Virus record (IMG/VR): IMGVR_UViG_3300021961_005592
Span: 51,210 to 115,209 of that record
Source: a virus
Strand: one strand, 5' to 3'
Length of the DNA: 64,000 bases
Program-made: the position numbers and the translations under genes
Notes under the pieces: model-generated
The model's input: the letters and a program-made list of their open reading frames with translations, nothing else
What the model was told of the DNA's origin: nothing
The model's database searches: none
In this document: one piece after another, positions 56,518 through 64,000 of the stretch
How positions within the stretch are numbered: the first letter of the stretch is position 1
Layout: each line of letters starts with the position of its first letter

Positions 56518-56926
56518 TTTCTTTCTCCGCTACTCGTTTCCTTAGATCGCTTGAACTAAAGCGATGGTCTCTCTTGTTAAAGTATAAATCTATATCACGT
56601 TTACGACAAATGTCTTTGCCTGTAAAGTCTTTGTCTCTATACTCTTCTCCTAGTATTCTAACATCAATATGATACATTGTCAAGATATCTTCTAGATCTC
56701 GTTCAGTACCATATGGAATTATTTCATCTACATAACTAACTGCTTTGAGTTGTGTGTATCTCTCTACAATAGTTTGAATTGGTGGATTTTTGCTAGGACG
56801 ATCTACACTAGGGTCAACTTGTAGTCCGCATATCAAATAGTCGCATTGTTCTTTTGCTTCACGCAACATCTGTACATGTCCGGCATGCAAGAGATCGAAC
56901 GTAGAGCAAGTGAAACCTACTTTCAA
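56510..56926 (-). CDS. Cytidylyltransferase (TagD/RfaE-like)
   Basis: TFDLLHAGH (HxGH), ER, YVDE, R....SSS. Confidence 0.88.
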   Translation of the reverse strand: MKVGFTCSTFDLLHAGHVQMLREAKEQCDYLICGLQVDPSVDRPSKNPPIQTIVERYTQLKAVSYVDEIIPYGTERDLEDILTMYHIDVRILGEEYRDKDFTGKDICRKRDIDLYFNKRDHRFSSSDLRKRVAEKENE

Positions 56927-57249
56927 TGATTTCTCCTTCCATCAAATACACAAATAAAATAACAACCATCTTTCCCTGAATGTACACGATGGAATACACC
57001 GTCTTTAATTAGTACAGTACTGCCTTCTCTAAATGAGATGATATCACCATCTAGTTCTATGTTGCCGCTACCACGAACAAAGATATAAACTTCTTCTTGT
57101 CCTTCGTGTTTATGGCCTGTTGTACTTTTAAAAGGGCGAAGCTCTGTTGAACTTAGGACGAGATTTGTTAAAACCGTATTGTCTTTAACAGTGTAACGAT
57201 CGTCTTGCTTAACAACCTCTCCACCAATATCCCATCCGTAATTCATCAT
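56923..57249 (-). CDS. Cupin domain protein
   Basis: GH.H...EEVY.F..G.G ... G.FHRV. Confidence 0.8.
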   Translation of the reverse strand: MMNYGWDIGGEVVKQDDRYTVKDNTVLTNLVLSSTELRPFKSTTGHKHEGQEEVYIFVRGSGNIELDGDIISFREGSTVLIKDGVFHRVHSGKDGCYFICVFDGRRNH

Positions 57250-57407
57250 CTCTGTTCTCTCTTTCTTTTTTGTACATTGTTATTTAGGTTATGATCGAGT
57301 TTGTGTAATATTTCTCTAACTTGTTCTAGATTGTAAAGTGTTTCTTCAATCTTTTTCATGTCTTCGGAATTATCAGTATCAAACTCTATTTCTATTTTTA
57401 CTTTCAT
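57246..57407 (-). CDS. Small hypothetical protein
   Basis: MKVKIEIEFD..., SD GGAG, ATG 57407. Confidence 0.6.
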   Translation of the reverse strand: MKVKIEIEFDTDNSEDMKKIEETLYNLEQVREILHKLDHNLNNNVQKRKREQR

Positions 57408-57408
57408 T

Positions 57409-60105
57409 TTAGTCTCCAAAGTCAAACAAACTTGAAAATGTGTTGTGTTGTTTTGTATCACCTAGGTCATACTCTAGCACACCAATCAAGTTGTCTAACT
57501 TATTATCAATAATTGTTTCTTCCATTGCTGCATCATCAAATGGAAGTTCTTTAAACCACTCTGGTAAACGGAGTTCATCTGTTGGATAAGCAACACTTGT
57601 ATACCCTATCGGGTTTTGTTTAAGTTTGCAAACAATAACTTTCATACCGTCTACAATCTCTTGCGAATACTTGTCACCGTTCATGCGTTTTAGAGTATTC
57701 CAATTGATAGCAGCTCTTACGTGCCCGGGCATGTTTGCTTTGCCTTGCTTTTGTTCTAGTCGTTGGTAATGACCAATCTTGTTAGCACGTTTGGGAGAGC
57801 CCTTTTCGTAGCCGGGCCGTTCTTTAAACTCTTGACGGAATTTAGTAATACGTTCAATTACTTCTTTTTCTTCCTTACCGGTTAGAACCATTAGCAGAAC
57901 TTCTGACAAAAACTCCTGCATAAACACAGGTGTGTCCGAACGACGCAAGTCCAAACCCATAGCCTTTACTTTTCCTGGCTTACCGTCTGTATCGTTACGG
58001 AAACCTTCCGTATCATATACCAGCGCCGCATAACGCTTCTTGGTAATATACAACCCTGACTCTGCAACAATTTCACGTCCTGCTGCAATTACTTCTGCAC
58101 GAGTTTTTGGACAGTGAAATGCCTTTCCCATAAATTCTTGGAATGTGCTGTTTGCTTCTTCACAAACTTGATCATAAAGTGTGATAACATTTTCTTTAGT
58201 CCAAGGCAAACGTCCTGCGTCAATATCATCTTGTAGTGTAGTATATGCACTAAAATAAACTGAGTCAGTATCACCGTAGATAACTGCTTTACCTACGTGG
58301 TCATATGTGCCTGTAATAATTTCATTTACCTTAGCAGCCATGTGCTTGGCAATTTGTCTACCAGTAAGGGTAGTTGACTGTCCAATACGTTTATCAAAAA
58401 ATCTGCAACCAGGGTTAAGAATAGCACCATACAAACTGTTAAGGTTAATTTTCTTAACCAACTGGCGTTTGTCCCAGAACGCAACCTCTGTAGCATTACC
58501 TGCCTCCTTGGCTTTCTTTAACATCTTTTGTAGATCTTTACGTTCAGCATACCAACGTTTTAGAATACCCGGAATAACGCCTTCAAATTCTGTTGTAAAG
58601 ATTGTGCCGTTTGCACTAAGCATCCATGGCATGTGACTGTCAAAGATGAGTTTATTTATTTCTGCGCCGCTTAGGACGTCAGAGCGACCGTCTTCCCAGT
58701 CAATAGTTATAGCAACGTCTTTACGTTTATCTATAACAGCTTCGTATTCTTCAGAACCAAAACGTCCTTCCCATGAATTTGCAAAAGACATCTTTTTTAG
58801 TGTTGTGTCTTCGTAAATACGTGCGTCAGTTAACTCTTGACGCAGTTGACCTACAATAGTTTCGGGGGCCATGTTTAATGCGCGAATCACAGACGGATAC
58901 AGTGAGTTCAAGTCCATTGAACCAATCCATTTATGAACACCTTTTTTAGGAAAAGCTACATATGCGCCAGCCGCTTGAGTATTTTCATCCTCATTTCGTT
59001 TAGGACGATTAGGAACTTGCAAACCTCGATAGTGTGCTTCGTTAATAATTGCTTGCTCTGTAACCGCAACAGCACCCATAGTCGTTTGTAGCAATACTGT
59101 GTTTGCGTGTGCAAGTTCGTTACTTAGATCAATAAAACGCAGTTTCTTATCTAGTTTATCTAGTAGTGCAACGTCTTGTCTGTTATATTCAATAAATGTC
59201 TCAAAGTCCTTGTTGTATAATTGATCAAGTGTACCTTCGTAAACAGTTTTACGTTCACCCACTTCTAGTTCACCAATAGCATCTAATCGGTATGTATGAC
59301 GTTCTTCATAGGTGTACTTACGATATAATTCAAGACTGTCTAGATGAACACGCCCAACAAGGTCATATGTTTCACTTTGTTTGCCAAATTTTTCGTATTC
59401 TCGTTTTTTAGGCATTTGATCCCAAAGACAAAAACGTCTTGTGTCGTCATTGCTTAGTACACGTTTAACACGGTTAACAGTGTAAGGTATATCATAACCT
59501 TCGCTGTTCCAGCCACTAATAACATCAGCGTCTTCGATTAAATCAAGGAACGCTTGTAACATTTGACGTTCGCCGTTGCCATCTGAGTCGTTAGGGAATA
59601 GAATAACACTATCTCCCCACTTAGCTCGACATATTTCTTTTGCTTGATCAAAAGGTAAGCCTTTTGGTGGAACTGCGACTGTAATAAGAGCATCCATCCA
59701 TTGTAAACATACTGTGATAGCAGTAATTGGCATAAAAGGATCTTCAACAGGAGCAAAACCTCGCTCAGGATCAAAGTCTGTTTCAATATCCCAGAATGCA
59801 ATGTTTAGTTTTGGTGCATCTTGATTAAGATAGTTTTCGCTTAGACATTGAAAGATTGGATTAATATCGCTCTCAAATAACTGCTTATCTCTATTGATAG
59901 CTATTTCTTTTCGAAAGTCTTTTGTACTCTTAGTAACAATACGTGAGAGCGGATCACCATACACGCTCTTGTATTTTCCTTTAAGGTCTTTATAGTAAAA
60001 AGTGTATTTGACAGGGTATTCTGTAAAACGTCTTTTTCCGTCCTTACGTTCTACGACTCTAATAATGTCAGAGTCTCTATCAAAAATTGCATCTACGTAA
60101 CTCAT
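57409..60105 (-). CDS. Family B DNA polymerase (gp43-like) with 3'-5' exonuclease
   Basis: DIET, GWN...YD, YN..D exonuclease motifs; DLNSLYPS, K...NSLYG, YGDTDS, KKRY. Confidence 0.97.
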   Translation of the reverse strand: MSYVDAIFDRDSDIIRVVERKDGKRRFTEYPVKYTFYYKDLKGKYKSVYGDPLSRIVTKSTKDFRKEIAINRDKQLFESDINPIFQCLSENYLNQDAPKLNIAFWDIETDFDPERGFAPVEDPFMPITAITVCLQWMDALITVAVPPKGLPFDQAKEICRAKWGDSVILFPNDSDGNGERQMLQAFLDLIEDADVISGWNSEGYDIPYTVNRVKRVLSNDDTRRFCLWDQMPKKREYEKFGKQSETYDLVGRVHLDSLELYRKYTYEERHTYRLDAIGELEVGERKTVYEGTLDQLYNKDFETFIEYNRQDVALLDKLDKKLRFIDLSNELAHANTVLLQTTMGAVAVTEQAIINEAHYRGLQVPNRPKRNEDENTQAAGAYVAFPKKGVHKWIGSMDLNSLYPSVIRALNMAPETIVGQLRQELTDARIYEDTTLKKMSFANSWEGRFGSEEYEAVIDKRKDVAITIDWEDGRSDVLSGAEINKLIFDSHMPWMLSANGTIFTTEFEGVIPGILKRWYAERKDLQKMLKKAKEAGNATEVAFWDKRQLVKKINLNSLYGAILNPGCRFFDKRIGQSTTLTGRQIAKHMAAKVNEIITGTYDHVGKAVIYGDTDSVYFSAYTTLQDDIDAGRLPWTKENVITLYDQVCEEANSTFQEFMGKAFHCPKTRAEVIAAGREIVAESGLYITKKRYAALVYDTEGFRNDTDGKPGKVKAMGLDLRRSDTPVFMQEFLSEVLLMVLTGKEEKEVIERITKFRQEFKERPGYEKGSPKRANKIGHYQRLEQKQGKANMPGHVRAAINWNTLKRMNGDKYSQEIVDGMKVIVCKLKQNPIGYTSVAYPTDELRLPEWFKELPFDDAAMEETIIDNKLDNLIGVLEYDLGDTKQHNTFSSLFDFGD

Positions 60106-60110
60106 CTGTT

Positions 60111-60162
60111 CTCCTCGTTGTTAAAGGCCAACGCTTGCCTGCTACATGTCCGTAAAGTGGAC
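60111..60162 (-). promoter_or_regulatory. Structured leader of DNA polymerase: hairpin plus H-type pseudoknot abutting the SD
   Basis: GUCC-ACUUUAC-GGAC, then S1 AGGC/GCCU and S2 CGUUG/CAACG immediately followed by AGGAG. Confidence 0.65.
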
Positions 60163-60166
60163 GAGT

Positions 60167-60391
60167 CTATTGTGTTATTAAGCCTATAAAATATATAGCG
60201 TTCAAACCTAGATTTGACCATAGAAGTGACTTCTCTTTCCACAAGTATCCGACCAACATCCAAAGTGAATTGGCAATAATAAATGCGTAATGATGCCAAT
60301 ACCACTCTGGAACAAAACTTGCTAAAGATGCTGCTGATAGCAATGACACAGTAGCAAGCCAGGCCAGCCATTGATAGGGTTTTACAACCAT
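60167..60391 (-). CDS. Small membrane protein
   Basis: 74 aa with three hydrophobic segments. Confidence 0.65.
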   Translation of the reverse strand: MVVKPYQWLAWLATVSLLSAASLASFVPEWYWHHYAFIIANSLWMLVGYLWKEKSLLWSNLGLNAIYFIGLITQ

Positions 60392-60400
60392 TTCATAGCC

Positions 60401-60661
60401 CTATTTGTCGTAGCCAAGTGTGGCAATTAGTGTTTCAAGGTCTTCGTGATAATCAGCGTGTTTGTCCCAATCGCGATTCTTGGCAATCTTGATTGCTTTG
60501 TTAATTAGGGCTGGTTTAATATCGAGTTCTTCTGCTACTGCCTTTACTGTTTCTTTTAGGCCTTGTTGTAGATCTTCTACTTCCTGCATTACAGTTACGC
60601 CTTCTTTTACGAGTCGTTCTAGTTTTGCCTTTTCTTCTGCGCCATAGGTGCGGTCACTCAT
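60401..60661 (-). CDS. T4 DsbA/GapR-like dsDNA-binding protein
   Basis: Helical E.EDL...LKE.VK.V.EEL.IKP..INK.IKI pattern; SD AGGAG. Confidence 0.55.
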   Translation of the reverse strand: MSDRTYGAEEKAKLERLVKEGVTVMQEVEDLQQGLKETVKAVAEELDIKPALINKAIKIAKNRDWDKHADYHEDLETLIATLGYDK

Positions 60662-60695
60662 TGTTATTCTCCTGTGTGAGTTTAGTTTAGTTATT

Positions 60696-60724
60696 AGTAT
60701 AAAGGATATTTAGAAAAAAGTCAA
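60696..60724 (-). promoter_or_regulatory. Sigma70 promoter with nested TAAATA
   Basis: TTGACT-tttttcTAAATAtcctt-TATACT (N17). Confidence 0.7.
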
Positions 60725-60729
60725 GTACT

Positions 60730-61341
60730 TTAAAACGATTTAAGTGTTTTTTCTGCAAAAGTCCATCCAAAGATTTCTTTTGCTTTCCAATCGTTTTGTT
60801 TGAATCCAGATAAATTGGACCACTCTGACTCTTTTGCTATAATGTGTTTACTTATATCTTCCCAGTCTAGGCTGAGGATTTTTTCTTGAACAGCATTTTT
60901 CATATTGACAATTTCGTCATAATCATAACTGTCCCATTCAATATGTATGACTTCCCAAATTTTCCCTTCAAAGTCAACATAGTCTAGAGCAAAGTCAAAT
61001 CCCCATTTCTTTTTGGTACGTAATAGGAATTGAGCTGTTGGTGTTTCAACACTTGCTCTTTTCAACTGATCCTTTGCTTCGCCGTCAAAGTCACAACGGT
61101 GTAGTAACATTGCATGATCAATAATAAGGTTATGGTGATTTGATTTTAACCAAGTATCTTGCCAACATAGATGATATAGACACTCTGTTAACGGAAAGCC
61201 TGTTGCTTTGTACAGTTTCTTTTCTGCTGTACAAAGTTCAAATCCGTCTTTATCGTACCAAGAAAAATCCGCTGGTTCTAAAGCAGCGGATTTGGTACAA
61301 GTTATATTTTCTGTTAGATTCTCATTAACTAATTTAAACAT
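60730..61341 (-). CDS. Hypothetical phage protein
   Basis: 203-aa ORF overlapping the upstream gene's stop. Confidence 0.7.
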   Translation of the reverse strand: MFKLVNENLTENITCTKSAALEPADFSWYDKDGFELCTAEKKLYKATGFPLTECLYHLCWQDTWLKSNHHNLIIDHAMLLHRCDFDGEAKDQLKRASVETPTAQFLLRTKKKWGFDFALDYVDFEGKIWEVIHIEWDSYDYDEIVNMKNAVQEKILSLDWEDISKHIIAKESEWSNLSGFKQNDWKAKEIFGWTFAEKTLKSF

Positions 61342-62065
61342 CGTTCTTTTTTAAAGCTGCCCACAATTTATCTTTAATAGATTCGTATTCTTTTGACTTG
61401 TGTTTTTCGTAACCCTGTTTGGACAATTTCTTTTTGTCTTTATGAGAGCCTGCCGCTCCGCTTTTGCGTAGAGCTTCCATATCACGCCAATTTGGATCAC
61501 GTTGCTTTACTGTGTTAGGCGCTTTAAACTTCATAACTTCTGCTTCGTCAACTGATTCAATAGTTGGATCAGCACGTTTCATTAGTGCAATGAATTCTTT
61601 TTTAAGTTCTCTTTCGCTAGTAAAGATCTTTTCTAATGCTGTTTTATACTGTTCTAGTTTTGAAACTAATCTAGGATGTAATGTGCTTGTTGCGGGCACT
61701 GATTTTGGCTTTTCCGTTGGCTTAGAACTTCCGCCCTTTCCGCTTATCCAGTTACCTATACCCTTTTGTAGTGCGTCAGGTGCTAAACCTCCTGACTTAT
61801 AACTTTGCATACCGGCTCGTATACCGTCTAGAGGACCTTCTGACACTTTAACACCAGCTAGTGCTGCAAAGTCAGAAACACTATAATTTTTATCTAGTTT
61901 TAAAGAACCTTCAGGAACTTGAGCACTTTCGTTTAAGTAATCTTTAGTAGGTGGTACGTCTCTAGATACGCCACCATTAGCCATAGCAGTTAGCTTTTTA
62001 AGATCTTCTCTTGGATCACTTGGATCTAACGCAAATAGTTTTTGTTGAAGTGCGTGATAGTCCAT
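61334..62065 (-). CDS. Charged hypothetical protein, probably virion-internal
   Basis: ATG 62065 after SD AAGGA; Lys/Glu-rich. Confidence 0.6.
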   Translation of the reverse strand: MDYHALQQKLFALDPSDPREDLKKLTAMANGGVSRDVPPTKDYLNESAQVPEGSLKLDKNYSVSDFAALAGVKVSEGPLDGIRAGMQSYKSGGLAPDALQKGIGNWISGKGGSSKPTEKPKSVPATSTLHPRLVSKLEQYKTALEKIFTSERELKKEFIALMKRADPTIESVDEAEVMKFKAPNTVKQRDPNWRDMEALRKSGAAGSHKDKKKLSKQGYEKHKSKEYESIKDKLWAALKKNDV

Positions 62066-62069
62066 TAGA

Positions 62070-62738
62070 TTAGTCCTTCTTAACGTGCTCTGGTTTGCCT
62101 TTGTGTTTAGTAGAAGCATAGTCTTTAGCAGCCTTCTTGCTCATGCCTTTTGCTGCCTTAGCAACTTCTGGACTTGCTGCTGGTTCACCTTTTTGCGCAG
62201 CATGTACCATTCCCATAAAACGTTGTTGTGCTTTACTCTTTGCTTTCTCACTTAGTTTAGCATGAAGTTTTGATTTATAAACATCTTCCTTCATCTTCTT
62301 GTCTTTGTTAGCATGGATAGCTTTACGTTGTGCATCAGACTTGTACTTGCCTTCGCCTACTTGAATTTCCATTTCAGGACCAGCGCCGCCGCCGTCACCA
62401 CCAAACTTCATTTCATAGTCTAAATTGTGATACACTGCACCAATATAATCAGCTGCTTTTGTAATCTTAGCCTGTACCCAACCTTCTAGTCCTTCTTCTT
62501 CTGAAACGTTTTTTAACATTTCATGTAGTTTAATAGCATACTTTGCAATTTTGTATAGGTCAGCACGAGCCATTTGTACTTCGTGATCGCGCTCTGCTGC
62601 ACCAGCTAGATCTGCTAGACCTTCTTTAACAGCTTCTCTATTGCAATCACAGCCCTTGCAATTGGGCGAACATGTGCATTTGGCTGCTGTTGACTCGCAG
62701 CACTTACACATTTTTGTTTCTCTTAGTGTTGTTGTCAT
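62070..62738 (-). CDS. Charged hypothetical protein, probably virion-internal; Cys-rich N-terminus
   Basis: GATAAATA at 62772-62765; CKCC....CTC...C..CDC; LE.WVQ.KIT.A.DY; basic C-terminus. Confidence 0.65.
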   Translation of the reverse strand: MTTTLRETKMCKCCESTAAKCTCSPNCKGCDCNREAVKEGLADLAGAAERDHEVQMARADLYKIAKYAIKLHEMLKNVSEEEGLEGWVQAKITKAADYIGAVYHNLDYEMKFGGDGGGAGPEMEIQVGEGKYKSDAQRKAIHANKDKKMKEDVYKSKLHAKLSEKAKSKAQQRFMGMVHAAQKGEPAASPEVAKAAKGMSKKAAKDYASTKHKGKPEHVKKD

Positions 62739-62767
62739 TATATACTCCGGAGCTCTTTATATAGTAT

Positions 62768-62989
62768 TTATCGCTTAATAGGTTTGCCGCCCATTATATT
62801 ATTACTTAAATCTAATGCGTTTTTAGCAGTACCATCTGCGTTCTTTCTTTGTGGTGCTTCTGGAGCACCGTATTTGCCACGCTTCTTAGGCTTTGAATGT
62901 GCAGCGGTAGGGTTAGCAACAGATGTTATGCTTCCTGAACTAGTTGCTCCTGCTGTTGCTGTTTCTTGTATAATATCTGATATTTTCAT
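62768..62989 (-). CDS. Small basic protein with capsid-targeting-like N-terminus
   Basis: MKISDIIQE/ followed by an Ala/Ser/Lys-rich chain. Confidence 0.6.
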   Translation of the reverse strand: MKISDIIQETATAGATSSGSITSVANPTAAHSKPKKRGKYGAPEAPQRKNADGTAKNALDLSNNIMGGKPIKR

Positions 62990-63864
62990 TTCTTCTTAGC
63001 CCTTCCTGCTTTCATATTAGCAAGCCAATGTGCCATACGCTGTTTTTCGCCTGTGCTATTTTTAGCAGTTTTACGCAGATCGCTAACACTTGCTTTTGTA
63101 TTTACACCGCTACGTTTGGCTAGACCTTTGCGCCCAGGCTTTTTACCATCGGCAAAGTTTTCGTTTGTAGATGCTAGGTTATTATATTTTGTTAATAAAT
63201 CGTTTATCTGCTTCTTTTTAGCATCAAATCTCTCAGGTTTTAAATGTTCTCTAAAATGAGCAATAGCATAGTTCATCATATCGTGAATATGTGTGAGTAT
63301 TTTGTTTTTGTTTTTTTCTAATGCTTGCTTGTCTAAATTTTGTAAATTTTTATTGCTCTGAGCAAGTGTTCTTAATACTTCTTTTATTTTCTCTGCACTA
63401 TCAGAAGATTTTGCATAATCAGATAGACCCATTTGACCAAACGAAGAAAACATTTGGTACTCTGCAATTAAATCCTGCATAGGAGACATTTGCGGCTGAA
63501 ACGTTCTTGCTTCTTCAGTATTGTAGGTAGGATCGGCCTCAACACCTGGCACATCAGCAGCACCTGGATCTACATCTAATATTTCTAATCCTAGTTTCTG
63601 TAATAGTTTTATGTACTTGTGTTCTTCTTCTTCACTACCAAACGCAATTACTGCTTCTGGAGGTCCTTTACCAAAGTCGTTTTTATCTAGGTTAGGCAAG
63701 TCGCTAATATGTTGACCTAGTTTGTACCAGTCATATACGTCAGAAACTTTTACACGTATTGAACCCCTAGGCATTGTAGGTTTAGTTTCTGGACCTAGAG
63801 GACGATCGTTAGGATGCTGGTCTTCTTTCTTTTTTATGTCTTCAAATAGTTCACGTAGTCTCAT
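62986..63864 (-). CDS. Charged protein with capsid-targeting-like N-terminus
   Basis: MRLRELFE/; basic C-terminal module after NE/NFADGKKPGRKG. Confidence 0.65.
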   Translation of the reverse strand: MRLRELFEDIKKKEDQHPNDRPLGPETKPTMPRGSIRVKVSDVYDWYKLGQHISDLPNLDKNDFGKGPPEAVIAFGSEEEEHKYIKLLQKLGLEILDVDPGAADVPGVEADPTYNTEEARTFQPQMSPMQDLIAEYQMFSSFGQMGLSDYAKSSDSAEKIKEVLRTLAQSNKNLQNLDKQALEKNKNKILTHIHDMMNYAIAHFREHLKPERFDAKKKQINDLLTKYNNLASTNENFADGKKPGRKGLAKRSGVNTKASVSDLRKTAKNSTGEKQRMAHWLANMKAGRAKKK

Positions 63865-63998
63865 TTTTTACGCCCCCTAAATTTATGCCCAGTCATATAA
63901 GGAAGGCTAAACCACAGCTCAAACCACTCTTTGTCACCTGGTTTGATATTATTATCTCGTTCTTTTTTCTTTAACTCACTAGCAGTTTGGCTCATGTT
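63861..63998 (-). CDS. Hypothetical protein, probably truncated at the window edge
   Basis: Open frame ...KKKERDNNIKPGDKEWFELWFSLPYMTGHKFRGRKK*, ATGA-coupled to the next gene. Confidence 0.55.
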   Translation of the reverse strand, partial: NMSQTASELKKKERDNNIKPGDKEWFELWFSLPYMTGHKFRGRKK

Positions 63999-64000
63999 CT

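Noticed and set aside
57409-60105. Intein or intron in the DNA polymerase
   Set aside because: 898 aa is normal for gp43-like enzymes and the motifs are contiguous.
60102-60371. 89-aa ORF upstream of the polymerase
   Set aside because: Out-of-frame overlap with the better 60167..60391 membrane ORF, and it runs through the structured polymerase leader.
1952-63259. The many 60-160 aa ORFs antisense to or nested in longer genes (e.g. 37359..37643, 39408..39899, 42010..42423, 56370..56672, 58307..58636)
   Set aside because: They are shadows of well-supported genes, with no RBS or motif support.
1-64000. Cellular (bacterial) origin suggested by the many metabolic genes
   Set aside because: gp43-like polymerase, T4-type RNase H, clamp-like gene, tail-fibre-like gene, TAAATA late motifs and dense hypotheticals point to a large phage; no ribosomal or housekeeping operons.
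1-64000. tRNA, rRNA, CRISPR array, IS/transposase, integrase
   Set aside because: Intergenic gaps are mostly under 100 nt. I saw no cloverleaf, spaced direct repeats or recombinase motifs. tRNAscan was not run.
1-64000. Stop-codon reassignment or selenocysteine
   Set aside because: Recognisable enzymes are full length in the standard code, and TAA, TAG and TGA all end genes at tight junctions.

Overview
AT-rich, gene-dense segment of a large (probably jumbo, T4-superfamily-like) tailed dsDNA phage, standard genetic code. I saw no tRNA, rRNA, CRISPR or mobile element. (1) Positions 1-36.9 kb: a tailoring island of about 40 enzyme genes in alternating orientation. It holds 8 radical SAM enzymes, 6 2OG-Fe(II) oxygenase-like proteins, 4 PP-loop ATPases, 4 paralogous glycosyltransferase-like proteins, 3 SGNH-like proteins, 2 UDP-sugar dehydrogenases, PanD, an NMO/FabK-like flavoenzyme, a PLP enzyme and an amidinotransferase, and ends at a tail-fibre-like gene. 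(2) Positions 38-45 kb: conserved phage hypotheticals, a MoxR AAA+/VWA-peptidase pair and RNase H/5' nuclease. (3) Positions 45-60 kb: a 7-deazaguanine module (queE, folE, yhhQ, QueD-like, TGT/DpdA-like; no queC/queF inside it). It is interleaved with a GT4 glycosyltransferase, a PRTase, a HIT hydrolase, nucleotide-sugar genes, the sliding clamp and a family B DNA polymerase. (4) Positions 61-64 kb: charged, probably head-internal proteins. Best candidates for something new: a replisome-coupled and possibly glycosylated 7-deazaguanine DNA modification system (the DpdA-like protein and the polymerase share a C-terminal FxSLF motif); a pseudoknot-like leader shared by folE and the polymerase; a protein ending in an SSB-like DDDIPF tail; and leaderless or hairpin-gated late promoters. 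All functional calls come from motif recognition by eye, with no database search.
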